This document shows positions 53,926 through 64,000 of a stretch of 64,000 nucleotides of DNA, in pieces (position 1 is the first letter of the stretch; each line of letters begins with the position of its first letter). The notes under the pieces are model-generated. The model ran no database searches and had not been told where the DNA came from. It saw nothing but the letters and a program-made list of their open reading frames with translations. The position numbers and the translations under genes are program-made. This stretch comes from a virus: positions 1-64,000 of IMG/VR virus record IMGVR_UViG_3300033552_000001; one strand, written 5' to 3'.

Positions 53926-56900
53926 ATGAAAGAAGAATTAGATTTAACCCAAGTTTCTGAATTACAATTAGATACTCATTTACCAATTCAAGATCAAAAG
54001 ATTCCTGAATTTAATCCATTCAATAGATTCATTAGAAATGAAACTCCTGGAACTGGTAAAATTGTAATGCCTGAATTCAAATTAGACTATCAAGAAAAAC
54101 CTTCTGATAGTGTGCATCCATTAACCATATCTACTAAAGCTGCTCAACCTTACATTAGTAAAGGTTTTAAGCTTGCTGACATGGATATTCATAATGGTTT
54201 AGAAATGGAATTGTCTTCTACTCAAAGTGGATGGGAAAGAAAAGCAAATAATATAAAAAATGCAGGAGCTAATTTAGTTTCAATGGCAGTTCTCACTGGA
54301 TTTTCTAATCCTTTGGATATGGGATTTACCACTGATTTAGGAGATAATACTCTTGGTAAAAAACTATTTGATTGGAGTGCTGAAAAACAAAAAGAAAATT
54401 ATAATTACCAAACTAAAAATGATATTGAAGCAGAAGGAGTTTGGGATAATTTAACTAACTGGATTGACCCAACAAAAGATTCAACAAAAGGTGTTGGTAA
54501 ATTATTAGAAAGTGTAGCTTTTGGTGTAGGTGCTGGACTTGGTATAATGGCACAAGAAGCTGTTGTTTCTTATGCTACAGGAGGTAGTGGTACATTTCCA
54601 TTATTAGCTGCTAAAATTCAACAAGTGGTAAATAGTGCCAAGTATTTAGACAAGGCTTTAGACATATCAAGAATAGCTGAAAAAGGAGCATTAAATTTAG
54701 AAAGGGTATTAAGTGTTGGTGATATAACTAATTCAACAGCTAAGGGACTTAGAAAAATTTATAAAAGTCAATTAGGCTCTCATTCAGAAGCATTATTTGA
54801 AGGACTTGAAGGTAAAGAATCTTTAAAAAATGATTTAATTAGAGAATATGAAGAAATTCATGGGTATAAACCACTTGATGTTGAATTAGCAAAAATAGAA
54901 AAGGTTGCTACTGAAGCAGGTCAAGCAAGATATGGAATAAATAAAGCTTTATTATCTGTAACTAACTTTTCTCAATTCAATTCTTTATTTAAAGCCTACA
55001 GCCCAGAAAAAGAAATTGCTGATGGTTTTCTTGAAAAATTTGGTAAAGCAATTGGTATTGATCCTATTACTAAAAAAGCAGTTCTTAATAGCACTGGTTA
55101 TAAAATAACATCTCCTTGGTTTGAAAAAGGAATTAGAGCTAAATTAAAACCTGCAATTGAAGGAGCAATTGATGTAGGACAAAAAGAAATAGTGGGTAAT
55201 GGACTTATGGAAGGTGTTGAAGAAGGGCTTCAATTCTTTACTGATAAGGCATTAAATAACTATTACTCATGGAAATATCATGGAGATAATAAAAGTGCCA
55301 ATGATGCCATATATGAAGGTACAAAAGCAATGTTTTCTAAAGAAGGTATTGAATCTATTTTCACAGGAATAGTTTCTGGTGCTGGACAATCTGCTATTAC
55401 AAAATACTTTGCTTCATTATCACCTAAATTCAAAGCACAAAAGAAATTATTTGAAACACATCAAGGAGAATTGTTAGATACTTATTTAAAAATTGATGAA
55501 AAGTTTCAAGCACTTCCATTAGAGTTTAAAAAGAAATTAGTTAATGTAATGAACAAAAGTTCTGTAGGAGGAACTGTTGCTGATAAAGCACAATTATTAT
55601 CTGCTACTTCTGGAACATCTGATATATTAAATCAACCAGAAGATGAAGAACAATTTAATCAAGCATTAACACATCAATTTTACACACTTGCTTTACCTTA
55701 TGCAAAACATGGAAATATTGATATTTTAAAAGCTCAATTTGAGGAATATAAAAATTTAGATGATCAAGCATTTATGCAGACATTTGGATTGTCTGATATT
55801 AAAAACAAAAATACTACTATTGATTTATATTTAAAAGAATTTGATGCTATTCAAGAAGCTTACAGAAAATCTAATAATGCATTTTCTAAATCACCAGCTA
55901 CTCCAGAATTACAGAATGAATATAATTATTTAAAAACAGAATTAGCTTTCTCATTATACAATAGTGATAAACTAATTAAAGATGCTAAATCATTAAAAGG
56001 GGCTATTGGAGATGATTATGTACAATTATTATCTAATAAAGGAATGTCTCAATCTACTATTGAGGCTAATAATAATGAGATTGAAGAACTACAAAAAGAA
56101 ATTGAGACACCAGAAAATAATAGACTGATTGCTGGGCTTAAAAAGTACAACAGCTATATTGAAAGGGTGTTAAGTGGCAAAGTTGAATTAAAAAAAGGAG
56201 AATATATTGATATACTAAAACAACTGATTGTTGATCCTTCTGTAAACAAAAAATATGGCAAGCAGAATAGTCTTGCTAATTATGATAACCTTGATGATAA
56301 ACTAAATAAAATATATCAACTATCTAAAATTCAAGATAGAGTTAGATATACACAACAGAAATTAGACAGAATATTAAACAGTGAAAATCCATTAGATTAT
56401 TTACAACAACAAGAAAATGCTTTTGAAAATGAAGCTTTCACTTATAGTAGAACAGTAAATCCAAATCCAATAGTAGAGAATAAGAATATTGTTGAAGTAA
56501 TAACTGATGAAGAATATACTAAATTTCAAGCTGGTGATGTAAGTAAAGAATTATTAACAAGTATTGCTGTTAAATTAAAAGATAAAAAAAGTCTTTCTGT
56601 TAGAGAAAATGAAATAAATAATAAATTTAAAGATGCAATAAATTCTATTCTTGCAGCTATAAAAGCTGATGAAGATAAATTAGTTGAAATTCTTAATCCT
56701 GGTGAACAGCAATTACCTGACCCAGAAATAGCAAGAAAAAAGAAAATTGAAGAAGATAATAGAATTTTAAATCAACAAATTGAAAGAAATAAAAAACTTT
56801 TAGAAGATGAAAAAATCAGATTAAAAAAAGAAAAAGAAAAGATTATATTATTTAATGGGGAAACAGTTATTTATAATAATGAAACAGGTGTATTAAGTGT

Positions 56901-59900
56901 TTCTGCCCTTGGCTTAATAGAAATTGAAACAGAAGACAGAGTTTATGAATTAGGTAATATTGCAGATTATGTTTATTTGTCAGATTTAAAGATTAAATTA
57001 GTTCAAGAAATTGAGCAATTAAATAAGTACACTACACAGAGTGTTAATGATGATTTTATTGTTATAAATAATGTTGAATATAAAATAATTACTAATAGTA
57101 TTGGTAATATTGTAGGGCTAGAAACAAAAGAAGGAAATATTCTTAGAAATGAAGCTTTATTAATTCATGCTGAAATAGAAAGAAATAGATCTGAATATGT
57201 TCAACTTGAAGAAATTGAAGAACTATATGTTGCTGCTAAAACAGAGTTTGATGAAATTAGAATATTAGAAAATATATATAATTTAAATATTACAGAAGGT
57301 ATAAATGACTCTATTGATAAAATTTACAATCAAGAAAAGCTTGATGAAAATGAAAAATTAGCATTAAAATTATGGGTAAATGATGTTATAGATAGAATTA
57401 ATAATTTACTTAAATCATATCCTACTAATGAGAATTTTTTACTTTCTTTTAAAAACTTAAATTTACTTAAAGGCTTACTAAATAAAGATAAAAGTATTAA
57501 AAAACTAAAAAATGAAAAACCAAGAAGCAATAAAAAAGTTGTTACTCCTGTCTCTAACACCAGCCCAAAGACAGCAATTACAGAAGTCATTATCAAAGAA
57601 GACCTTCCAATAGATTTAGAAAGTTCTATAATTACTGATTTAACTGCAATAACATCACTTAATGATTTATTAGAATATTACAATAATTTAATTCCTGAAT
57701 TTCAAGAAAAATATAAAACATTATTTACAATAGCAAAAGAAGATTTGCAATTAAAAAATAAAATTCTTCAGAATTTAAATGCTCCTGTTGAAATATTACC
57801 TGTAATTCCAATTGAAACAGAAGAAAATGATTTGACAGCTAAAATTGCAGAAATAAATTCAAGAAGGCAAGAAGAATATAAAGGTAATGTAATAGAGTCT
57901 TTTAAAACTTATTCAATAGATATAGAAGGAAAAACTTATGAAATTGGAGAAGAAATACATATAGGATCAAATAATATTTTTACTTATGTTAAAAATAAAG
58001 ATGGTCTTTTTGGAAGCTCTGTTGATACAAGAAATTTATTAGCTAAAAAACAAAGCAATAAAAAGTTTTTAAAAGATGAAACAGAAGATTTTATAGATGA
58101 TGAAGTAAAAAAAGAAATTGATGATAAATATGATAAAGAAATTGAAGAACTAATAAATGGAAAACAAGAAGAAACAGAAGAAGAATTACCAATTATTGAT
58201 ACTGATGAAAATGATAATATTGAATCTAAACAATATGAAGCTTTATTTTTAGTAGATGAAAAAGGTGAAATTTTATATGAAGCAAGAGATCAAAAAGCAT
58301 TTAATGATAGATCAGCAGAACTAATTAATCTGCAAGCTAATGGCAATATTGATGCTTTTACTGATGCCATGAATTATGATGTAATAGAAGAAATTAAAAA
58401 TGCAAAATCAGAACCTACTAAATTTAGTATGGAAGAATCTTTGTATAAATTAGATCCTAAAAGTGGTATTAGAATGAGTATTAAAGGGGTTAATATGGGA
58501 TTTATTTCTACTTCTGATGACTTGTATGTTGATTTAAAAATCATAGAAGAAACAATTAATAATAAAAAGATTTTTGATACTAAGGATAGAACATCTGTTA
58601 TTAAAGATGATACTAAAAGAATATTTATTTTATACACTGACTTCTTAAAAGAGTTAGAGGGTAATGTTGCTTTATTTAATACAATTAAAAAAACAAAAGT
58701 ATCTACCACTAATAGTGCTGGAGATAAAGTTGAATCTACTTTATTATTTAGAGATGTAAAAGAAGATATTGGAATGTTAAATGATAAACAAACTGAATAT
58801 TTAAAATCTAAACAAATATTATTGCAATATTTAAAAGCTGATCCAACACAGAAACAATTAAAAGACTTAATAAAAAAACATAATATAATTGATTATCAAG
58901 CTTTTATACATTATAATAAAGAAGTGAAAGATCAATTGTATAAGTTAGAAGATACTTTATTATATAATAAATCTGCTGATAATGCTACTGGTTTATTACA
59001 TGGACATGTGGTTACAATCACTTGGAATCAAAATCCAAATGAAAGACATAATATTAGTATTGATCAAACTTTATATTCAGAGGAAGAAAGAATGTCTGGT
59101 AGTAAAAAGAATGAGGAAGCAGATGCAATTATAGAATACTTAAATACTTTACACACTTCTTTTGGTAAAAAGAAATTAGTTGTAGTTCCTCAAAGAAATG
59201 TTGATGGTAGTACTAGTTTTAGAGTATTAGATACTTTTAACAAAGCTGTTGATAATTCAAATTTAGAAGAAACAATTGATGATAGAGGAGAGTTAGCTGA
59301 ATATTTACAACAATTAGATTTACAAACTAACACTATTGATGGTGTAAAATACACTGATGATACTAAAATTAGATTTAGTTTACAAGCACATACAATTTTA
59401 GATAATGAAGATAATTTAGATTTAAAAGTAATTCTTACTTTACCAGACCAATCAGAACTTGTAGAAAATGTTATATTTAAGAAAAAAACTAGTAAAGGTG
59501 AATTATTAGATATAATTAAAAAACAATTGGATAGTGGTGTAGTTGGTAAGAAATCATTACAATTAAATGTATCTTTGTATACAGTAGAACAAAATAAATT
59601 GTTAACAGGAAAATCAATAAGTAATTTTAACATAAAATCTTATTTTGGTAAAAACCCAAAACAAATTTACAGTACTTTGTATTTAAAAGTTAAGCCTTTT
59701 CAAGGAGTTAATATTCCTAAAGTTGATACAGCAGTTGTAAATACTCCTCCTGTGCCAGTTGATAGTAATTTTGAAGAACCATTTTTTTATGAAGATCAAC
59801 AACAAGATTTTGGTGATGATATGCAATCATTTGATGAAGGAATAAATCTTGAAGATGAAGCAAAAAATGCAGAACTTGAAAAAATGTTACAAGATTTAGA

Positions 59901-60762
59901 AGCTCAAAATAATGAACCAATTATTGATGTTGTAAACACTTCTAATAATTCTTTAACACAAGAAGAAGTTGATTGGTTATATGATAATCTCACTTTAATT
60001 ACAAAAACTTATAATACTTCAACACTTTTTAATTCTATTGATACTAATTTAAAAAAAGAATTACAGTTTAAAGACAATACTATTGTAACTGCAATTTTAC
60101 CAGATGCTGGAGGAACACCTATGTTTTGGTTTAAAAGAAATAGTGGAAATTGGTTAATTACTATAACTCAAAAAAATGATAAAATTGATTTAAATTTGGC
60201 AAAACAGAATAAAAATGGTTCTTATTACAACCAAATTATTTCTCAAGAAAAAATAACAGAATTATTAAAAAAATCAGGTTTGTTAGAATTAACAAATGAT
60301 TTATATAAAGATGCAAATGTAAAACAACCTGCAACAAGGTTAGAACAGTTTGAACTTCAAAATAAAATACAACAAAAATATAATTTAAAAAGAAGTTATA
60401 AAGATATTGTAAACCAGTTAAAACCTTTACAAAATTATTCAGCATTAAATTCTAATATTCCTATTACTCCTGTAAATGCAAATCTTAGTTTTTTACAACA
60501 AATATTAAAAAGATATGATTTTGCAACAGAACAAGATAAAGAAAATATTGAATCATTATCAGAAGAAGAATTTGAACAAATAATTAAAGAAGATTATCCT
60601 GAATTAGATTTATCACTTCCAGAATCAGTTACTTCTACTGGAATGTTTATTGAAAAAGAAATACAAGTAAATAAATCACAATCCCCAATTGCAGCAACAA
60701 GAATAGAAGAACCAACAGTCAATAAAGAAGAATTGAAAGAATTAATTAAAAGATGTGTATAA
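53926..60762 (+). CDS. Giant ejected/cargo virion protein
   Basis: 2278 aa; Gly/Ala-rich hydrophobic segments (VAFGVGAGLGIMAQEAVVSYATGG), EGVEEGLQ motif, RRQEE...KYDKEI repeat element. Confidence 0.75.
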   Translation: MKEELDLTQVSELQLDTHLPIQDQKIPEFNPFNRFIRNETPGTGKIVMPEFKLDYQEKPSDSVHPLTISTKAAQPYISKGFKLADMDIHNGLEMELSSTQSGWERKANNIKNAGANLVSMAVLTGFSNPLDMGFTTDLGDNTLGKKLFDWSAEKQKENYNYQTKNDIEAEGVWDNLTNWIDPTKDSTKGVGKLLESVAFGVGAGLGIMAQEAVVSYATGGSGTFPLLAAKIQQVVNSAKYLDKALDISRIAEKGALNLERVLSVGDITNSTAKGLRKIYKSQLGSHSEALFEGLEGKESLKNDLIREYEEIHGYKPLDVELAKIEKVATEAGQARYGINKALLSVTNFSQFNSLFKAYSPEKEIADGFLEKFGKAIGIDPITKKAVLNSTGYKITSPWFEKGIRAKLKPAIEGAIDVGQKEIVGNGLMEGVEEGLQFFTDKALNNYYSWKYHGDNKSANDAIYEGTKAMFSKEGIESIFTGIVSGAGQSAITKYFASLSPKFKAQKKLFETHQGELLDTYLKIDEKFQALPLEFKKKLVNVMNKSSVGGTVADKAQLLSATSGTSDILNQPEDEEQFNQALTHQFYTLALPYAKHGNIDILKAQFEEYKNLDDQAFMQTFGLSDIKNKNTTIDLYLKEFDAIQEAYRKSNNAFSKSPATPELQNEYNYLKTELAFSLYNSDKLIKDAKSLKGAIGDDYVQLLSNKGMSQSTIEANNNEIEELQKEIETPENNRLIAGLKKYNSYIERVLSGKVELKKGEYIDILKQLIVDPSVNKKYGKQNSLANYDNLDDKLNKIYQLSKIQDRVRYTQQKLDRILNSENPLDYLQQQENAFENEAFTYSRTVNPNPIVENKNIVEVITDEEYTKFQAGDVSKELLTSIAVKLKDKKSLSVRENEINNKFKDAINSILAAIKADEDKLVEILNPGEQQLPDPEIARKKKIEEDNRILNQQIERNKKLLEDEKIRLKKEKEKIILFNGETVIYNNETGVLSVSALGLIEIETEDRVYELGNIADYVYLSDLKIKLVQEIEQLNKYTTQSVNDDFIVINNVEYKIITNSIGNIVGLETKEGNILRNEALLIHAEIERNRSEYVQLEEIEELYVAAKTEFDEIRILENIYNLNITEGINDSIDKIYNQEKLDENEKLALKLWVNDVIDRINNLLKSYPTNENFLLSFKNLNLLKGLLNKDKSIKKLKNEKPRSNKKVVTPVSNTSPKTAITEVIIKEDLPIDLESSIITDLTAITSLNDLLEYYNNLIPEFQEKYKTLFTIAKEDLQLKNKILQNLNAPVEILPVIPIETEENDLTAKIAEINSRRQEEYKGNVIESFKTYSIDIEGKTYEIGEEIHIGSNNIFTYVKNKDGLFGSSVDTRNLLAKKQSNKKFLKDETEDFIDDEVKKEIDDKYDKEIEELINGKQEETEEELPIIDTDENDNIESKQYEALFLVDEKGEILYEARDQKAFNDRSAELINLQANGNIDAFTDAMNYDVIEEIKNAKSEPTKFSMEESLYKLDPKSGIRMSIKGVNMGFISTSDDLYVDLKIIEETINNKKIFDTKDRTSVIKDDTKRIFILYTDFLKELEGNVALFNTIKKTKVSTTNSAGDKVESTLLFRDVKEDIGMLNDKQTEYLKSKQILLQYLKADPTQKQLKDLIKKHNIIDYQAFIHYNKEVKDQLYKLEDTLLYNKSADNATGLLHGHVVTITWNQNPNERHNISIDQTLYSEEERMSGSKKNEEADAIIEYLNTLHTSFGKKKLVVVPQRNVDGSTSFRVLDTFNKAVDNSNLEETIDDRGELAEYLQQLDLQTNTIDGVKYTDDTKIRFSLQAHTILDNEDNLDLKVILTLPDQSELVENVIFKKKTSKGELLDIIKKQLDSGVVGKKSLQLNVSLYTVEQNKLLTGKSISNFNIKSYFGKNPKQIYSTLYLKVKPFQGVNIPKVDTAVVNTPPVPVDSNFEEPFFYEDQQQDFGDDMQSFDEGINLEDEAKNAELEKMLQDLEAQNNEPIIDVVNTSNNSLTQEEVDWLYDNLTLITKTYNTSTLFNSIDTNLKKELQFKDNTIVTAILPDAGGTPMFWFKRNSGNWLITITQKNDKIDLNLAKQNKNGSYYNQIISQEKITELLKKSGLLELTNDLYKDANVKQPATRLEQFELQNKIQQKYNLKRSYKDIVNQLKPLQNYSALNSNIPITPVNANLSFLQQILKRYDFATEQDKENIESLSEEEFEQIIKEDYPELDLSLPESVTSTGMFIEKEIQVNKSQSPIAATRIEEPTVNKEELKELIKRCV

Positions 60763-60763
60763 T

Positions 60764-63700
60764 ATGAAAGATTGTTTAATGTTAGATAATTTAGATGTCC
60801 AAGAATGGATTGATAAAGAAGGAATTAATACAACTTATGAAGAATATTTAAAAAAGGGATATTTACCTGATTATAAAGATTGGACAGGTAAAGAAGTTTC
60901 TACTGATACAGCAAAAGATATTTTAAATAGTTTTTTTGGACTTGACACTTTTAATGTTCAAGTGAAAGACTTTTCTAATTTAATGTATAGCCTGCCAGCT
61001 AATACTGCTGCTGCTTATTTACAACAAGTTATTTATTTAAATCAAAATCCTCAAAAAGCAGATGTTTATGAAGAAGGATTTCATGCAATAATGGATGTTG
61101 TAATATCTGCTGATGAAAAGAAAGAAGTGTTGAAAGCTGGGCAATCTGTTTTAAGAGCAAGACTTAAATCAGAAGGTAAAACAATTAACCAATACATCAA
61201 AGAATTAGTAACAAAATATCCTACTATTTATGGTAGATTGTCTGCTGAAAAAGCATTAGAAAGAGCTTTTGAAGAAGAAGTGGCTTCTATGTTTGTTGAT
61301 AGTTTTGAAAATAAAAACTATTTAAAACAAGAATTTGATTTAAGTAAAAAACTTTCGCCCTTCTTTGGTGACAATGCTAAATCAATTGCTAAAATATTAT
61401 CAAAAATATTTAAGTTTTTTAAAGATATTTATAACAAATTTCTTGGTAATCAAGATACACTTTCTTTATTCTTTCAAAACATTAAAGATGGAAAGTTTAA
61501 AAATAATAATAAAGTAATTGATAGTAATGGAGATAATAATATAGTTCCATTTACAAGACTTTTAGAATTATACACTACTAGATTTAACAGAATTTCAAAA
61601 AAAGAAACACAATTTCTTTCTCATTCACTAACATCAGAAGCTACTCAAAGAGTAATTAGAAATGTTGGTGCAATATTCTTTCAATTAGAAGGTGCTAAAT
61701 TATTTAACACTGTTGCTGAAAGAATGGATGAATCAATTGATTTGTATTTTAAATTAGAAGAAGATTTCAAAGAGATTGATTTAAATTCTGAAGTTAATGC
61801 AACTGCTTTAGAAGGACTTAAGGAAGATGTTAAAGAATATATTGAAGTATTTTCTTCTATTGTAGATTTTGATTCAGATACAGTAGAAAATGAAGAAGAA
61901 ACTCCAAATGATTTTGCTAAGTTTGACAGTAGTGCAAATGAGAGTAGTACTTTTGAAAATTCATTTTCTAAACAATTAAAATTAAGAATTGGTAAAACAG
62001 GTAGAGTAAAAACTATTCACAATTATGATTATAAAGGAGAGGGTACTATCTATCCAATTAAATTAATTGAATCAGTTAATGTATTAAATGTATATTATTC
62101 ATTTGCCAGAACATTAGGTAATACCTCTTCAGATAAAGAAAGATGGAATAGGCTTTATGCTTTTTCTAATTTAAAAGGTAATCCAGATGCAAAAGCTTTT
62201 GTTGATACTTTATTGTTTGATTTATTCCATTCACATGAAAGAATGGAAGAGCATGTAGGTAAAGAATTTCATGTAATTGTTGAAGAAATAAAGAAATTGT
62301 ATGTAGCAAAAGTAGCAGGTTTTAATATATTTCCTGAAAATGGAATTACTATTTCTTCTACCAATGCAATGATTATTAATAGTATTTTAAAAGGATTTGA
62401 TTTATGGAAAAGAAGTGAATATATACTAAAAGTAAACACTATATCAAGACAAACAGAATTGTTTGATGCTAATTTAGAAAGTATTAAAAATTCACAGTAT
62501 AAAACTTGGGTAAATTCTTTGCAAGAAATATTTAATGTTGATGCTAAGAATAAAGATAATAAACAATATGTAGAAGTAGAACAAATAAAGTGGGAAAATC
62601 CAGAAACTACTCAAAGTTTTAATGATTTGTTAAATAGACTAAAATCTTATTTTGGTAATTTAAACATTCAGTTGTCAGATGAATATTTAAAATATTCTAT
62701 ATTATCTCCAATGGTAGATAGTAAAAGAGAAATTGTATTTGAAAATGACCCTGCTTTAAGATCTTTATTTACCAATTTTAAAATTCCTAATAATGCATTA
62801 TTAACACCAGACACTACAGCACAAATCAATACAAGAGTTAAAAGATTTATGGTGGCAGGTGATATTAATAATGTTACAAACTTTAAGCAAGGAATGGTTA
62901 GGTATTTAAAATCTATTGCTGAAGGTAATGGGTATTTTGATGAAAGGATTCCTGATAATACATTTAAAGGAGCTGATGGTAAGACAAAATATAATTACCA
63001 AAATAAAACTTATTTCCTACAAAAGATTGATGAAATATTAAAAAATCCAACCAAAGCATTAACTTATAAAACATTAATTGGAAAACAACTTAATGAAGAA
63101 ACACAACAATATGAAAATATTTATTTAAAAGAAGGATTTGAATTTATTTCTGATAATTATCTATTAAAAAAGTTTGCTAATGAATATAAAGCAGCTATTG
63201 ATGCTGGTGATATATTTTCTTTTTCAGCTAATGGACTTAGACAATCAGATAGTTATACTGATATGGCAACTATGCAAACAGTTACTACAGAATCAGATGG
63301 ACTTTCTGTTGGTGATATGTCAACCAGAGATTTTGCTATTTATTTATTATCTGCTGCTGTTACTAAAAAAGAATCTGCTGCTGCTACTACTCCTATATAT
63401 GTAGGTAATTTTGAAGCTTCTAAAACTTTTGAATTTGTAAATCTTCCCTTTATTAAAGGATTGTTTACAGGAGAAAAAGTATCAACAGTGGCAATTGATT
63501 TAGTTAAAAAAGAATTTGAAAAAGAATTTAATAGAATTGTTAGATATGCAAAAAATATTAATACTACTAAATATGATAAATATAACAGTAGTTCAATAGC
63601 TAAAATTACTTATGGAACTGATACTTTAAAAGATTTCTTTTATATTCCATTTACATTAAAAAATGGTAAAAAGCAAGTTAATTTTTCTGCTTTTAGAAGT

Positions 63701-64000
63701 ATGCAATTTAGTGATCATGTAGGTAATTTAATAGATGATGTACATTACAATTTATCACAAGAAGATCAAGATAAAATAAATAGTATTTTAAATGATGCAT
63801 CTTCTGATACTACTGAATTTACTACTAAGGACTTTACTTTACAAGATAACCTATTAACAAAAGCATTATTGGGTAAACCCTTTGATGTTTCTAATGAAAT
63901 TGTTGAAACTGGAATTAATAATGTATTAAATGGTACACTTGATTACATAAAAGAAGAAGGTATTATTGATAATCAGAATAATCTATTATTAGATAATAGT
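60764..64000 (+). CDS. Giant virion protein, N-terminal 1079 aa, probable virion RNA polymerase (truncated by window)
   Basis: ATG at 60764 (MKDCLMLD...), same frame open at 64000, N-terminal YEEGFH zincin-like motif. RNAP identity is from synteny; the catalytic motif is not in the window. Confidence 0.7.
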   Translation, partial: MKDCLMLDNLDVQEWIDKEGINTTYEEYLKKGYLPDYKDWTGKEVSTDTAKDILNSFFGLDTFNVQVKDFSNLMYSLPANTAAAYLQQVIYLNQNPQKADVYEEGFHAIMDVVISADEKKEVLKAGQSVLRARLKSEGKTINQYIKELVTKYPTIYGRLSAEKALERAFEEEVASMFVDSFENKNYLKQEFDLSKKLSPFFGDNAKSIAKILSKIFKFFKDIYNKFLGNQDTLSLFFQNIKDGKFKNNNKVIDSNGDNNIVPFTRLLELYTTRFNRISKKETQFLSHSLTSEATQRVIRNVGAIFFQLEGAKLFNTVAERMDESIDLYFKLEEDFKEIDLNSEVNATALEGLKEDVKEYIEVFSSIVDFDSDTVENEEETPNDFAKFDSSANESSTFENSFSKQLKLRIGKTGRVKTIHNYDYKGEGTIYPIKLIESVNVLNVYYSFARTLGNTSSDKERWNRLYAFSNLKGNPDAKAFVDTLLFDLFHSHERMEEHVGKEFHVIVEEIKKLYVAKVAGFNIFPENGITISSTNAMIINSILKGFDLWKRSEYILKVNTISRQTELFDANLESIKNSQYKTWVNSLQEIFNVDAKNKDNKQYVEVEQIKWENPETTQSFNDLLNRLKSYFGNLNIQLSDEYLKYSILSPMVDSKREIVFENDPALRSLFTNFKIPNNALLTPDTTAQINTRVKRFMVAGDINNVTNFKQGMVRYLKSIAEGNGYFDERIPDNTFKGADGKTKYNYQNKTYFLQKIDEILKNPTKALTYKTLIGKQLNEETQQYENIYLKEGFEFISDNYLLKKFANEYKAAIDAGDIFSFSANGLRQSDSYTDMATMQTVTTESDGLSVGDMSTRDFAIYLLSAAVTKKESAAATTPIYVGNFEASKTFEFVNLPFIKGLFTGEKVSTVAIDLVKKEFEKEFNRIVRYAKNINTTKYDKYNSSSIAKITYGTDTLKDFFYIPFTLKNGKKQVNFSAFRSMQFSDHVGNLIDDVHYNLSQEDQDKINSILNDASSDTTEFTTKDFTLQDNLLTKALLGKPFDVSNEIVETGINNVLNGTLDYIKEEGIIDNQNNLLLDNS

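Larger units (their letters stand above)
1..64000. other. crAss-like bacteriophage (Crassvirales) genome segment, Bacteroidota host
   Basis: Gene order terL-portal-scaffold-MCP-ring-auxiliary capsid-hub-fibres-ring-IHF-ring-muzzle-cargo-three giant ORFs matches crAss-like phages. A PD-(D/E)XK nuclease and HU-like genes lie upstream of terL. No Shine-Dalgarno pattern is apparent, start contexts are A-rich, and TTG-N19/20-TAnnTTTG promoters occur. Confidence 0.93.

Noticed and set aside
61865-61879. DFDSD as the RNA polymerase catalytic DxDxD motif
   Set aside because: It lies in an acidic low-complexity stretch (VDFDSDTVENEEE) without the expected flanking context; the true motif is probably beyond the window.
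6670-63404. Short antisense or alternate-frame ORFs in the track (for example 6670..6963, 8348..8572, 11133..11483, 27085..27399, 49605..49997, 57330..57596, 58374..58709, 59190..59633, 63174..63404)
   Set aside because: They lie within longer motif-bearing genes and have the Leu/Ile/Phe/Ser bias of shadow frames in AT-rich DNA.
1-64000. Stop-codon reassignment (TAG or TGA) as in some crAss clades
   Set aside because: Core genes are long and uninterrupted in code 11, and TAG and TGA serve as stops at tight gene junctions (for example 9393 and 7141).

Overview
This AT-rich 64 kb window is a segment of a crAss-like phage genome (Crassvirales, Bacteroidota host) read in standard code 11. From 1 to about 6330 it holds mostly minus-strand small early-type ORFs, a plus-strand RepL-like gene preceded by 21-bp-phased iteron-like repeats, and a long hairpin-rich non-coding stretch. 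From about 6760 to the end it is one plus-strand late region. That region encodes a PD-(D/E)XK nuclease with an intein, HU/IHF-like proteins, terminase, portal, scaffold, major capsid, ring, auxiliary capsid, tail hub and fibre proteins, a tandem 2OG-Fe(II) oxygenase and a muzzle protein. It continues with cargo proteins, a solo TnpB, a spanin-like pair, a BRO protein and the three giant ejected proteins. The last of these (60764 to beyond 64000, absent from the ORF track) is probably the virion RNA polymerase. The strongest leads are: (1) a repeated QxGG motif that sits at domain boundaries in three cargo proteins and also occurs in an unannotated 32-aa peptide, suggesting SUMO/adenovirus-protease-style polyprotein processing; (2) a tRNA-shaped RNA with intact stems but altered loops and its own promoter and terminator; (3) about 650 nt of packed hairpins plus a structured leader flanking a 150-aa gene; (4) a Gly1 class 3 intein in the nuclease D-x-K motif; (5) iterons next to RepL; (6) a catalytically intact TnpB with no transposase. 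Structural gene names rest on motifs and crAss synteny recalled from general knowledge; no database searches or folding programs were run.
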